Below the pieces are notes generated by a model. The model saw nothing but the letters and a program-made list of their open reading frames with translations, was not told where the DNA came from and did not search any database. Both the position numbers and the translations under genes were made by a program. This document shows positions 15,918-24,823 of a stretch of 64,000 nt of DNA, in pieces (the stretch's first letter is position 1; each line of letters opens with the position of its first letter). The stretch comes from an uncultured Methylomirabilota bacterium (GTDB lineage: Bacteria; Methylomirabilota; Methylomirabilia; Methylomirabilales; 2-02-FULL-66-22), in contig CAWJSJ010000002.1 of NCBI GenBank assembly GCA_963845565.1, positions 1,120,001 through 1,184,000 of the forward strand. Direction: 5' to 3'.

Positions 15918-17441
15918 TTACTCCACGGCGCCCTGGAGGAGCCAGCGTCGGCGCTGGCGGTCGTAGTAGACCCACAGGACATCCCCCCGCCGCACCTCGA
16001 CGAAGTAGTACTCGCGGTGGACAGGGCGGACCCACCAGCCGCCGGAGATCACGTACGGCCCGATCCGACGCACGACCGGCCCGTGATCGGCCCCGCGGAT
16101 TGGCTGGTCGGCGCCTTCTGCGATCTGCAGGCCCGCCGGGGGCGTTTCCGGGCGCTCCACGATCCGGCGGACCAGGACGGGTAACATCCCGGCCGCTCTC
16201 GCCGGTCCGGCAGCCGGCTCCGTCTCGCCGCTCCCCTCGAGCCGCTCCAGCGGCTCCCAGAGGAAGGCGGCCTCGGGGAGGTGGCCCTCGCACACCCGCG
16301 CCCGGACCACGGCCGCGTTTCCAAGCTCGGCCCGGACGCGCGCCAGCGCCCGGTTGGCGGCCTCGAGGTCTCGCCGCGGCGTGTGGGCGAAGAGCTGTGT
16401 CTGCGACCGGTCGAGCGGCGCGCCGGTCAGCTCGGCCTCCATCGCCTCGACCCTTCCCGGGGACGACGATTCCAGCCGCAGGCGGACCAGTTCCAGGAGC
16501 GGCTGGGCGGCGCGGGCCGGCTGCGCCGGACGGATCACCTCGTGCCGGGTGCCCGGGGGATCGAGGTGCAGGTGGAGGGAAAGCTCCGTCGCCCCCTCGC
16601 GCCGCGCCGCAAGCCGGGTAAGGAGCGGATCGAGGAGCTGTTTCAGGACGAACAGCAGCCGGGGGAGGTCGTCATCGGCGAACCCGAGATCGATCTGGGC
16701 TGTCAGTCGCTCGACAGGCGGCACGGGGTGCAGCGGAGTCCAGGCCGCGCCGGAGGCCAGATCGTGGATCTGGGCGGCCGGCCCGTCGAATCGCTCGCGA
16801 AGCCCGCCTGCGGGCAGCGTGAGGAGGTCGCCCAACGTCGCCACGCCGAGCTTTGCCAGGTCGTCGCATTGCTCCGGCGGGAGGCCCAGCCGGTCGAGGG
16901 ACGCGGCGCGGGCAGCATGTCGCTCCTCGGCGGAGCTTTCGAACACGAGAGGATCGGCGTTCTCGGCGGTGCGGGAGCGGGCGGTGGCGTAGGTGCCGTA
17001 GCGGGTGAAGCCGACGACGACCCGGGCGGCAAATCCGATCCCGCCAAGGCCATCGCGGATCGCCCGCCCCCAGCTGGCGGCGGACCGGAACACTCCGTCG
17101 AGTCCGGCGCCGTCGAGCCAGAACACCCCCGGCTCCTCGGAGCTGGGCTCGATGTGCGGGGAGAAGTGTCGCAGGCGTTCGGTGATCTGCCGGACGGCGT
17201 CGGCGATCTCGTCCGGCCGGACGGTGCCGGCACGCAGCTCCCCCGAGAGCGAGAGCGCCGTGGTGTAGCGCATCCCCGGCAGGATCCGGAGCCGCCGGGC
17301 GCGCTCGCTGACCCAGAGGAGGCGAGCCTGGGGGCTCTCCTCGGCCACCACGGCCACAGGACTGTTCACCCACTCGGGGTGCCGCCGGCCCAGGAGTTGA
17401 AGCGGCAGCGCCGGGATGTCAACGCAGGCCAGCCGGCCCAC
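15918..17441 (-). CDS. imuB: Y-family polymerase-like ImuB
   Basis: Inactive Y-family N-terminus, C-terminal GPYVISGGWW...REYY motif, position between imuA and dnaE2. Confidence 0.88.
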   Translation of the reverse strand: MGRLACVDIPALPLQLLGRRHPEWVNSPVAVVAEESPQARLLWVSERARRLRILPGMRYTTALSLSGELRAGTVRPDEIADAVRQITERLRHFSPHIEPSSEEPGVFWLDGAGLDGVFRSAASWGRAIRDGLGGIGFAARVVVGFTRYGTYATARSRTAENADPLVFESSAEERHAARAASLDRLGLPPEQCDDLAKLGVATLGDLLTLPAGGLRERFDGPAAQIHDLASGAAWTPLHPVPPVERLTAQIDLGFADDDLPRLLFVLKQLLDPLLTRLAARREGATELSLHLHLDPPGTRHEVIRPAQPARAAQPLLELVRLRLESSSPGRVEAMEAELTGAPLDRSQTQLFAHTPRRDLEAANRALARVRAELGNAAVVRARVCEGHLPEAAFLWEPLERLEGSGETEPAAGPARAAGMLPVLVRRIVERPETPPAGLQIAEGADQPIRGADHGPVVRRIGPYVISGGWWVRPVHREYYFVEVRRGDVLWVYYDRQRRRWLLQGAVE

Positions 17442-18048
17442 GGCGCACCTCCGTGTGTGTCCAGCCGGGACCTCTCCGCTTGTCTTTGAGCGCCCGTACG
17501 GTGCAGAGGTATCGGCCGGCGCCGGCCTCCTCCCGAGACGCCTCGCAGCGCAGCGAGACGAGCGAACCCAGCGAGGCGCGCTCGGCGGCCTTCTCGGTTA
17601 CGAAGACGATCGCGGCCCCATGCGTCTGCGCGGCGGCCGTGAGGCGGGACTGCAGAGGAACCGGCACGGCGGCGTCGGTACCGACAAGATCCAGCACGAC
17701 CAGACCGAAGCCCCCCGATTGGACCAGCCGCCAGGCGGCTCGCGCCGCCGCAGGGGCATCGGGTGCGAACACCACCGGGAGCCGGGCAAGATCCGCTCCG
17801 TTTTCCGCTGCATCGGGCGGGAAGAACGTGCTCCGGCGGTTTGTGATCCAGGCGGCGGTCTCGCCGACCTGCTGCGCCTCGCAGACGAGACCTGCGGCCA
17901 GGGAGAGCCGCGCGGTCGGCCCGAGCCCGGACAGTTCGCTCAGGCGTCCGACGAGCGCCTCGACACCCCAGCGGCCCGAGCCGGGGCACGCCGCCTGTCG
18001 GGCAGACAGGGTGGAGAGGGTGACGAGTTGAGCCGTGGGACGTGTCAT
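17419..18048 (-). CDS. imuA: RecA-like ImuA protein
   Basis: GRLSELSG, FFPPDAAENGADLARL and SGGFGLVVLD; short RecA fold; first gene of the mutagenesis cassette. Confidence 0.8.
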   Translation of the reverse strand: MTRPTAQLVTLSTLSARQAACPGSGRWGVEALVGRLSELSGLGPTARLSLAAGLVCEAQQVGETAAWITNRRSTFFPPDAAENGADLARLPVVFAPDAPAAARAAWRLVQSGGFGLVVLDLVGTDAAVPVPLQSRLTAAAQTHGAAIVFVTEKAAERASLGSLVSLRCEASREEAGAGRYLCTVRALKDKRRGPGWTHTEVRRGPAGLR

Positions 18049-18160
18049 ATGTCTGAACAGGGCTCATACGCGGGATAGCGAGGGTCGATACCTTTGGGGT
18101 TCCCGTCGCCTGGCTGAAGTCTGGTCGCACCCGCCGACTACCTCCCGGATTGCGACAGAA

Positions 18161-18189
18161 CGTATACCATACAAATGTTTGGCTTTCAA
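18161..18189 (-). promoter_or_regulatory. Putative sigma70 promoter of imuAB-dnaE2 with a palindromic SOS-like operator in the spacer
   Basis: Minus strand TTGAAA-17-TATACG; the spacer contains CCAAAC-ATTT-GTATGG. Confidence 0.5.
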
Positions 18190-18499
18190 GTAAAAGCCGA
18201 TCCGCGACCGTCGGCCCACGAATGAATACAAGAATGCCAATGTTCTAGGCAGTTTGCGCCTGTCTGTGGGCCGGACATTTGGCGACATTTGGATTGACAG
18301 ACATGGACGGCCGGTGCTAGCGTCCCCCGCGAAACCGCTTCTCCTCAATCTCTTTACCCGGTCAGGCCATTCGTGGGGGTTGCTCGCCCTCGGCAGTGCG
18401 ACGGTGGCCGTGCGGCGCTTTCACTGTTCGACTCCTCGTGGACCTGACGGTGTGCATCGATCCTTGGGCCAAACACGACACGCCAACACGGAGTCTGCC

Positions 18500-18937
18500 A
18501 TGACGGAACCCCTCATCACCGGCACCGCCCCTCGCGGACAGAGCCCGAAAGACATCGTGAATATCGTGCAGCAGTTCATGCTGGCCTCGATGGCGAGCGA
18601 TCGCGCGACCACCGATCGCTACCTTGCCCCGAACGCCGTGATCACCTTCACCGGCGGGCGCAAGTTCGCCAAACCCGAAGAGGTGGGGCGCTTCAACGCC
18701 GGTCGGTACCGGTGGGTGAAGAAAGCCATCGAGCGATGGGATGTCACGTACGAGGGGAACGAGATCGTTGCCTATAGCATCGGCACGCTCTACGGCGAGT
18801 GGCCCGATGGCACCCCGTTCCAGGGCAATCGCTACATCGACCGCTTCGTCATCGTCGACGGCAAGATCACCACGATGGATGTCTGGAACGACAGCGCCGA
18901 GATCCTGTTGCGCCGGGCCGGGCTGGCACAGGACTAA
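18500..18937 (+). CDS. SnoaL/NTF2-like protein
   Basis: 145 aa; VAYSIGTLYGEWPDGTPFQGNRYIDRFVIVDGKITTMDVWND is typical of SnoaL-like proteins. Confidence 0.75.
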   Translation: MTEPLITGTAPRGQSPKDIVNIVQQFMLASMASDRATTDRYLAPNAVITFTGGRKFAKPEEVGRFNAGRYRWVKKAIERWDVTYEGNEIVAYSIGTLYGEWPDGTPFQGNRYIDRFVIVDGKITTMDVWNDSAEILLRRAGLAQD

Positions 18938-19026
18938 GGTGATTTTCTGCCCACGATATGCGCACGCACCCCCCGCGCGTGTCGAAAGGGCGGGCAGGCG
19001 GCGGTTCAACCGAGAAGGAGGTCTCC

Positions 19027-20193
19027 ATGCAACGCATCACGCTTCTGCTGTTGGTTCTTACGATCGGCTGTGTCCTTCCTGTGGCGTCCCAGGCAGGTGA
19101 GCCCATCAAGATCGGTCTGACCGCGGCGGTGTCGGGCGGCTCGGCCGCTTCGGGCGAAGCCATCAAGAAGGGCCTCCAGATCGCCATGGACGAGATCAAC
19201 GCCAAGGGACTCCTCGGCGGTCGCAAGCTGGAACTGGTCATCCGCGACGACGAGGGCAACCCGGCCAAGGGGGTGACCATCGCGCGGGAGCTGGTCGAGC
19301 GCGAGAAGGCGGTCGCCATCTTCGGCGGCCTGCACACCACGGTGGCGCTTGCCCAGGTGCCGGTCTGGCACGAGCTCCGGACGCCCTACATGGGCGTCTG
19401 GGCCGCGGGCACCGAGATCGCCCGCAACGGCAAGAGCCCCAACTTCGTCTTCCGCGTTTCGGCCAACGACGACTATGTGGACAAGTTCCTGGTGCGCTAT
19501 GCGACGGACACGCTGAAGAAGTCCAAGCCGGGCCTGTTGCTCGAGAACACCGCCTGGGGGCAGTCCAACGAGGCCGGTCTGAACAAGTATCTGGGCCAGA
19601 AGAATATCAAACCGGTCGGCACCGAGAAATTCAACTGGAACGATCCGGACATGAGCCCGCAGCTGCTGCGACTGAAGAACGCCGGGGCCGACCACGTCAT
19701 CCTGGTGGGGAACGCCCCCGAGGCAGCGCAGGTGGTGAAATCCCGCGCCAAGATCGGCTGGGAGATTCCCATGGTGTCGCACTGGGGGGTGTCGGGCGGC
19801 CGATTCGCAGAGCTGACGGGCGACCTCTCCGACGGCGTGGTCTTCTTCCAGACCTACTCGTTCTTCGGGAAGCAGAACGAGCGGGGCCAGTACGTCCTGA
19901 AGACGCTGAAGGACAAGTACGGCGTGAAGGGGCCGGAAGAAATCATCGCTCCGGTGGGCGTCGCCAACGCGTACGACGGGCTGCACCTGGTGGCGGTGGC
20001 GATCGAGCAGGCCGGGGCGACGGATGGCGTGAAGCTGCGCGACGCTCTGGAGAACCTGAAGGCCGAGCACAAGGGGCTGATCAAGACCTACAAGCGGCCG
20101 TTCACGCCCGACCAGCACGACGCCTTGACCGACGAGGACTACGTCCTGGTGGTCTGGAAGGGCGGGAAGATCGTGCCCGTGGCGATGAAATAG
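19027..20193 (+). CDS. ABC transporter substrate-binding protein (LivJ/K family)
   Basis: Signal peptide; EPIKIG...EINAKGLLGGRKLELVIRDDEGNPAKG; RBS AAGGAGG. Confidence 0.92.
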   Translation: MQRITLLLLVLTIGCVLPVASQAGEPIKIGLTAAVSGGSAASGEAIKKGLQIAMDEINAKGLLGGRKLELVIRDDEGNPAKGVTIARELVEREKAVAIFGGLHTTVALAQVPVWHELRTPYMGVWAAGTEIARNGKSPNFVFRVSANDDYVDKFLVRYATDTLKKSKPGLLLENTAWGQSNEAGLNKYLGQKNIKPVGTEKFNWNDPDMSPQLLRLKNAGADHVILVGNAPEAAQVVKSRAKIGWEIPMVSHWGVSGGRFAELTGDLSDGVVFFQTYSFFGKQNERGQYVLKTLKDKYGVKGPEEIIAPVGVANAYDGLHLVAVAIEQAGATDGVKLRDALENLKAEHKGLIKTYKRPFTPDQHDALTDEDYVLVVWKGGKIVPVAMK

Positions 20194-20194
20194 G

Positions 20195-21064
20195 GTGATC
20201 GTCCAGCTGCTGGTCACGGGGATCGCGCTGGGGAGCATGTACGGGCTGGTGGCCCTGGGATACCACATCACCTGGGTCACCAGCCGGACCATGAACTTCT
20301 CGCAGGGCCACGCGGTGATGGCGGGGGCGGTCGTGGCCTTCGCCTTCTACGTGGGGCTGGGCTGGCCGCTCTGGGCCGCGGTGCTGGCGACGCTCGTCAT
20401 CCTCGCCGCCCTCGGCATCGGGCTCGAGCGCGTGGCAGTCCGGCCCTTCTTCCGCGTGGCCTCGCCCGCCTGGCTGCTCTCCACCATCGCCTGCGGCATC
20501 ATCGCCGAGAACGTGGCGATGCTCACCTTCGGCAAGGACGCCCGCGCCTTTCCCTCGGTCCTCACGCAAAAGCCCATCCTGGTGGGCGGGGCGGGGTTCT
20601 ATGCCCAGGAGCTGCTCATCCCGGTGGTGGGCCTCCTCCTGATGGGCGGCGTGCAGCTCTTCTACCACCGGACCGGGTACGGCAAGCAACTCAAGGCCGT
20701 GGCGTACAATCCCGAGGCGGCGGGTCTGATGGGCATCCACATCCCGCGGGCGGTCATGTGCGCCTATGGCCTCTCGGCGCTCCTGGCCGGGATCGCCGGG
20801 GTGCTCTTGGCGCCGGTGCTCAACGTGGCGGCGACCATGGGGACGATCATCGGACTCAAGGCGTTCGCCGTGGCGATCATCGGCGGGCTGAACTCGGCGC
20901 CGGGGATCATGGTGGCCGGGCTCGGGTACGGCCTGGTGGAATCCTTTGTGGCCGGGTACCTGTCCACGGGGGCGCGGGAGATCATCGGCTTCGCCCTGGT
21001 GATCCTGGTCCTGGTCGTGCGGCCCTGGGGTCTCCTGGGGAGCCGCCCCGCGAGGCGCGTCTGA
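20195..21064 (+). CDS. ABC permease (LivH family)
   Basis: GSMYGLVALG...NFSQG, GLKAFAVAIIGG, RPWGLLG. Confidence 0.92.
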   Translation: MIVQLLVTGIALGSMYGLVALGYHITWVTSRTMNFSQGHAVMAGAVVAFAFYVGLGWPLWAAVLATLVILAALGIGLERVAVRPFFRVASPAWLLSTIACGIIAENVAMLTFGKDARAFPSVLTQKPILVGGAGFYAQELLIPVVGLLLMGGVQLFYHRTGYGKQLKAVAYNPEAAGLMGIHIPRAVMCAYGLSALLAGIAGVLLAPVLNVAATMGTIIGLKAFAVAIIGGLNSAPGIMVAGLGYGLVESFVAGYLSTGAREIIGFALVILVLVVRPWGLLGSRPARRV

Positions 21065-22809
21065 TGACCTGGGTGGCCTGGGGGTGTCTCGCGGCGGCGG
21101 CCGGCAGCCTGCCGCTCTTCACGGCCAACACGTACTATCTCTACGTGGCGGCCAGCGTGGGGCTCCTCACCATCGTGACCTCGGGCCTGAACGTCCTGGT
21201 CGGATTCACCGGGCAGATGTCGCTCGGCCATGCGGGCTTCTATGCCATCGGGGCCTACGCGGCCGCCGTCCTCACGACCCGCGCCGGGTGGAGCGGGTGG
21301 GCCGCCATCCTCGTGGCCATCCTCGTCGCCGCGCTGGTCGGGGCGGGCGTCGCCGGGGCGGCGCTCCGTGTCACCGGGCCGTATCTCGCCATGGTGACGA
21401 TCGCCTTCGGCATCATCGTGGAAGGCATCCTGGTGGAGTGGGTGTCGGTGACGGGCGGCCCCGGCGGCATCTTCAACATCCCGAAGCCGTCGCTCCATGC
21501 CTTCTACTGGGTGATCATGGGTGGGGCGGCGGTGTCGCTCTGGCTGGTGGCGAACCTGCGCCGCTCGGCGTGGGGCCGCGCCTTCCTGGCGGTGAAGGGG
21601 AGCGATGTGGCGGCCGAGTCGCTCGGCCTGTCGGCCTATTATGTCCGGATCATGGCCTTCACCGTCTCGGCGGGCTTCGCCGGAGCGGCGGGCGGCCTGT
21701 TCGCGCTCCTCAACGGCTACGTCTCGCCGGACAGCTTCACGCTCCAGACGTCCATCCTGTTCCTGCTGGCGCTCCTCTTCGGCGGCGAGGGCCGCGTGGC
21801 GGGCCCGGTGGCGGGGAGCATCGCCCTCACGCTCTTGCCCGAGTTCCTGACGAGTCTCGCCGACTTCCGGCTGATCCTTTACGGCGGCCTCTTGATGTGT
21901 TCCATCTACTGGCTGCCGACCGGCGTGGTCGGCGCGCTGACCAGACGGGGCGACAGCGACAGGGACAGGGATGGGGACAGGGATAGCGACAGCGACAGGG
22001 ATGGGAACAGGGACAGGGACGGGGATCGGGACAGCGGGGGGGCTGCGCCGTTGCTTCAGGTGGAGAAGGCGAGTCTGGCCTTCGGCGGCGTGGCGGCGCT
22101 GTCCGAGGTGACGCTGGCCGTGCCTGCGCGCGGGATCCAGGCGGTCATCGGGCCCAACGGCGCGGGGAAGACGACGCTCCTGAACGCCCTGTCGGGCTTC
22201 TACGTGCCCGACAGCGGGGGGATCCGCCTCCGCGAGGTGCCCGTTGCGGGGCGGCCGCCGTACGCCATCGCGCGGCTCGGCGTGGCGCGGACGTTCCAGA
22301 CCGCGCAGGTCTTCGGCGACCTCAGCGTGGCGGAGAACGTGGCCGTCGGGGTGGCGGGACCGCGCCTGGGCTCCGTCGTGGCGGCGCTGGTCGGAGCCCC
22401 GTGGACGCGCGCGGCCGAGGCGCGCCTGCGCCGCCGCGCGCTGGCGCTTCTCGCCGAAGCGGGCTTGACCGAGTGGGTCGAGCGACCCGCCGACGCCCTG
22501 CCGGCGGGCCTGCGCCGCCGCCTGGAGATCGTGCGCGCGCTGGCCCGGAAGCCGCGGCTGCTCCTGCTGGACGAACCGGCGGCGGGCCTCGCCCCGGCCG
22601 AGATCGCCGAGTTGGACGCCTATCTGGCCCGCTTGCGGGACACGGGCGGGCCCGCAGTCGTCCTGGTGGAACACCACATGGACTTGGTCATGGCGGTGTC
22701 GGATCACATCACCGTCCTGGATTACGGACGGGTGATCGCCAGCGGGACGCCGGAGGCCGTGCGGACCAACCCCGCCGTGATCGAAGCCTATCTGGGGGTG
22801 TCGGAATGA
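21064..22809 (+). CDS. Fused ABC permease / ATP-binding protein (LivM-LivG)
   Basis: GFTGQMSLGHAGFYAIGAY permease half; GPNGAGKTT and LLLLDEPAAG ATPase half; (DR)n linker between them. Confidence 0.9.
   Translation: MTWVAWGCLAAAAGSLPLFTANTYYLYVAASVGLLTIVTSGLNVLVGFTGQMSLGHAGFYAIGAYAAAVLTTRAGWSGWAAILVAILVAALVGAGVAGAALRVTGPYLAMVTIAFGIIVEGILVEWVSVTGGPGGIFNIPKPSLHAFYWVIMGGAAVSLWLVANLRRSAWGRAFLAVKGSDVAAESLGLSAYYVRIMAFTVSAGFAGAAGGLFALLNGYVSPDSFTLQTSILFLLALLFGGEGRVAGPVAGSIALTLLPEFLTSLADFRLILYGGLLMCSIYWLPTGVVGALTRRGDSDRDRDGDRDSDSDRDGNRDRDGDRDSGGAAPLLQVEKASLAFGGVAALSEVTLAVPARGIQAVIGPNGAGKTTLLNALSGFYVPDSGGIRLREVPVAGRPPYAIARLGVARTFQTAQVFGDLSVAENVAVGVAGPRLGSVVAALVGAPWTRAAEARLRRRALALLAEAGLTEWVERPADALPAGLRRRLEIVRALARKPRLLLLDEPAAGLAPAEIAELDAYLARLRDTGGPAVVLVEHHMDLVMAVSDHITVLDYGRVIASGTPEAVRTNPAVIEAYLGVSE
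21952..22035 (+). repeat. Hexamer tandem repeat (14 units, GAYRGS-like) encoding an Asp-Arg linker
   Basis: gacagcgacagggacagggatggggacagg... translates to DSDRDRDGDRDSDSDRDGNRDRDGDRDS. Confidence 0.9.
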
Positions 22810-23549
22810 GCGCGCTCACGGTGAGCGGCGTCACCGTCGGCTACGGGGCAATCCAGGTCCTCCGCGAGGTCTCACTGACCGTCCCGGCCGGGCAGATCGT
22901 GACCATCGTGGGAGGCAACGGCGCGGGGAAGACCACGCTCCTCAAGACCGTCGCCGGGGTGCTCCGCCCCTGGCGGGGGACGGTGGCGGTGGGCGGCGAG
23001 GCCATCGGCGGCCGCCCGTCCTATTGGGTGGCGCGACGCGGCGTCGTCCTGGTGCCCGAGGGTCGCGGGATCTTCGGCGACCAGACGGTCCGCGAGAATC
23101 TGCTGCTCGGCGCCCTGGCGCGGCGCGAGGGGCGCGACGCGGCGAGCGTCGCGGCCGACCTGGAACGGAACCTCACGCTCTTTCCCGCGCTCCGCGACCG
23201 GCTGGACGGCCCCGCCGGGGGGTTGTCGGGCGGCCAGCAGCAGATGCTGGCGCTGGCGCGCGGCCTGATGGCGCAGCCGCGCGTCCTGCTCCTCGACGAA
23301 CCCTCGATGGGTCTCTCGCCGCTCTTCGTCCGGCAGATCTTCGACGCCATCGGCCGGCTCCGACACGGAGGGCTGACCATCTTGTTGGTGGAGCAGATGG
23401 CGGCACAGGCCCTGGCATTGGCCGACTACGCCTACATCCTGGAGCGCGGCGCCATCACCCTGGAGGGCCCGGCCGCATCGGTCCGCGAGGATCCAGCGGT
23501 GATGCACGCCTACCTGGGGCGAGGCGACCGGCGCTCGACCCCTCGATAA
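22806..23549 (+). CDS. ABC ATP-binding protein (LivF family)
   Basis: GGNGAGKTT, VPEGRGIF, LSGGQQQMLA, LLLDEPSMGL. Confidence 0.92.
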   Translation: MSALTVSGVTVGYGAIQVLREVSLTVPAGQIVTIVGGNGAGKTTLLKTVAGVLRPWRGTVAVGGEAIGGRPSYWVARRGVVLVPEGRGIFGDQTVRENLLLGALARREGRDAASVAADLERNLTLFPALRDRLDGPAGGLSGGQQQMLALARGLMAQPRVLLLDEPSMGLSPLFVRQIFDAIGRLRHGGLTILLVEQMAAQALALADYAYILERGAITLEGPAASVREDPAVMHAYLGRGDRRSTPR

Positions 23550-23590
23550 TCCCTGTGGACTGTGGTGCGCCCAGCCGACGAGGAGTGTTC

Positions 23591-24823
23591 ATGAGCATCA
23601 AGACGGCGAACCAGACGACCCTCCAGCGACTCACCGATGGTCAGCCCTTCCTGGTGGATTGCCGGCCGGCCGCCGTGGCGTTCGGGCTGAGCGCTCGAAC
23701 CGTCCTCCACGCCGGGCCGCCGCTCGCGTGGGAACAGGCCTGCCCCACGGTGCAGTCGGCCATTTGCTGCGCGATTCGGTACGAAGACTGGGCGCCGACT
23801 GACGGCGCCGCTGCCGACCTGATTCGGAACGGAGCGGTGCGCATCGGCCCCTGCCACCATCAGGACGCCGTGGGGCCCATGACCGGAATCATCACCTCTT
23901 CGATGCCGGTCTTCGTGGTGGAGAACCGCGCCCATGGGAATCGGGCCCACGTGACCATCAACGAGGGACTCGGGAAGGTGCTGCGGTTCGGCGCCAATGA
24001 CGACAGCGTGATCGAGCGGCTGCGCTGGCTGGCCCGGGAGGCCGGTCCGATCCTGGGGGCGGCGATCCGGGCCACCGGCGGCATCGACCTGCGTGCCCTG
24101 ATGGCCCAGGCGGTCCGCATGGGGGACGACATGCACCAGCGCAACCTGGCCGCGTCGTCCTTGCTGGCGCGACGACTCCTCGGCGCTCTCGCCCGGACCG
24201 GGGCCGACCCCGCGGCCATCGGGCGGGTGGCCGACTTCATGGGGGCCAACGATCAGTTCTTCCTGAACATCGCCATGGCCGCGGGCAAGGCCCTGACCGA
24301 CCCGTGCCGCGGGATCGCGGATTCGACGCTGGTCGTCACCATGGCGCGGAACGGGACGGACTTCGGGATTCGCGTGGCCGGACTCGGGGATCGCTGGTTC
24401 ACGGCGCCGGTGGAGATGCCCAAGGGGCTCTATTTCCCGGGATTCACGGAGGCGGACGCCAATCCGGACATGGGAGACTCCGCCATTGTGGAGACGATCG
24501 GGCTGGGGGCGTTCGCCATGGCCGCCTCCCCCTCGGTGGTCCGCTTCGTGGGGGCCGGTGGGTTCGCCGACGCCGTTCGCGCCACCGAGGAGATGGCGGA
24601 GATCTGCCTGGGCGAGCACCCGCACTTCCGGATGCCGACCATGGACGAGCGGGGCACGCCCGTGGGGATCGACATCCGCAAGGTCCTGGAAACAGGGATC
24701 ACCCCCATGATCAACACCGGGGTCGCCGGGAAGATCCCCGGGACCGGTCAGGTCGGGGCGGGCGTGGCCCGCGCGCCGCTGGCGTGTTTCGAGCAGGCAT
24801 TGGAGGCGTTCGCGGAGCGATGA
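23591..24823 (+). CDS. DUF1116 domain protein (YlbE/YahG-like)
   Basis: LHAGPP, PCHHQDAVGPMTG, NEGLGKVLRFGA, MGDDMHQRN, MARNGTDFGIRV, DMGDSAIVETIGLG, INTGVA. Confidence 0.85.
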   Translation: MSIKTANQTTLQRLTDGQPFLVDCRPAAVAFGLSARTVLHAGPPLAWEQACPTVQSAICCAIRYEDWAPTDGAAADLIRNGAVRIGPCHHQDAVGPMTGIITSSMPVFVVENRAHGNRAHVTINEGLGKVLRFGANDDSVIERLRWLAREAGPILGAAIRATGGIDLRALMAQAVRMGDDMHQRNLAASSLLARRLLGALARTGADPAAIGRVADFMGANDQFFLNIAMAAGKALTDPCRGIADSTLVVTMARNGTDFGIRVAGLGDRWFTAPVEMPKGLYFPGFTEADANPDMGDSAIVETIGLGAFAMAASPSVVRFVGAGGFADAVRATEEMAEICLGEHPHFRMPTMDERGTPVGIDIRKVLETGITPMINTGVAGKIPGTGQVGAGVARAPLACFEQALEAFAER

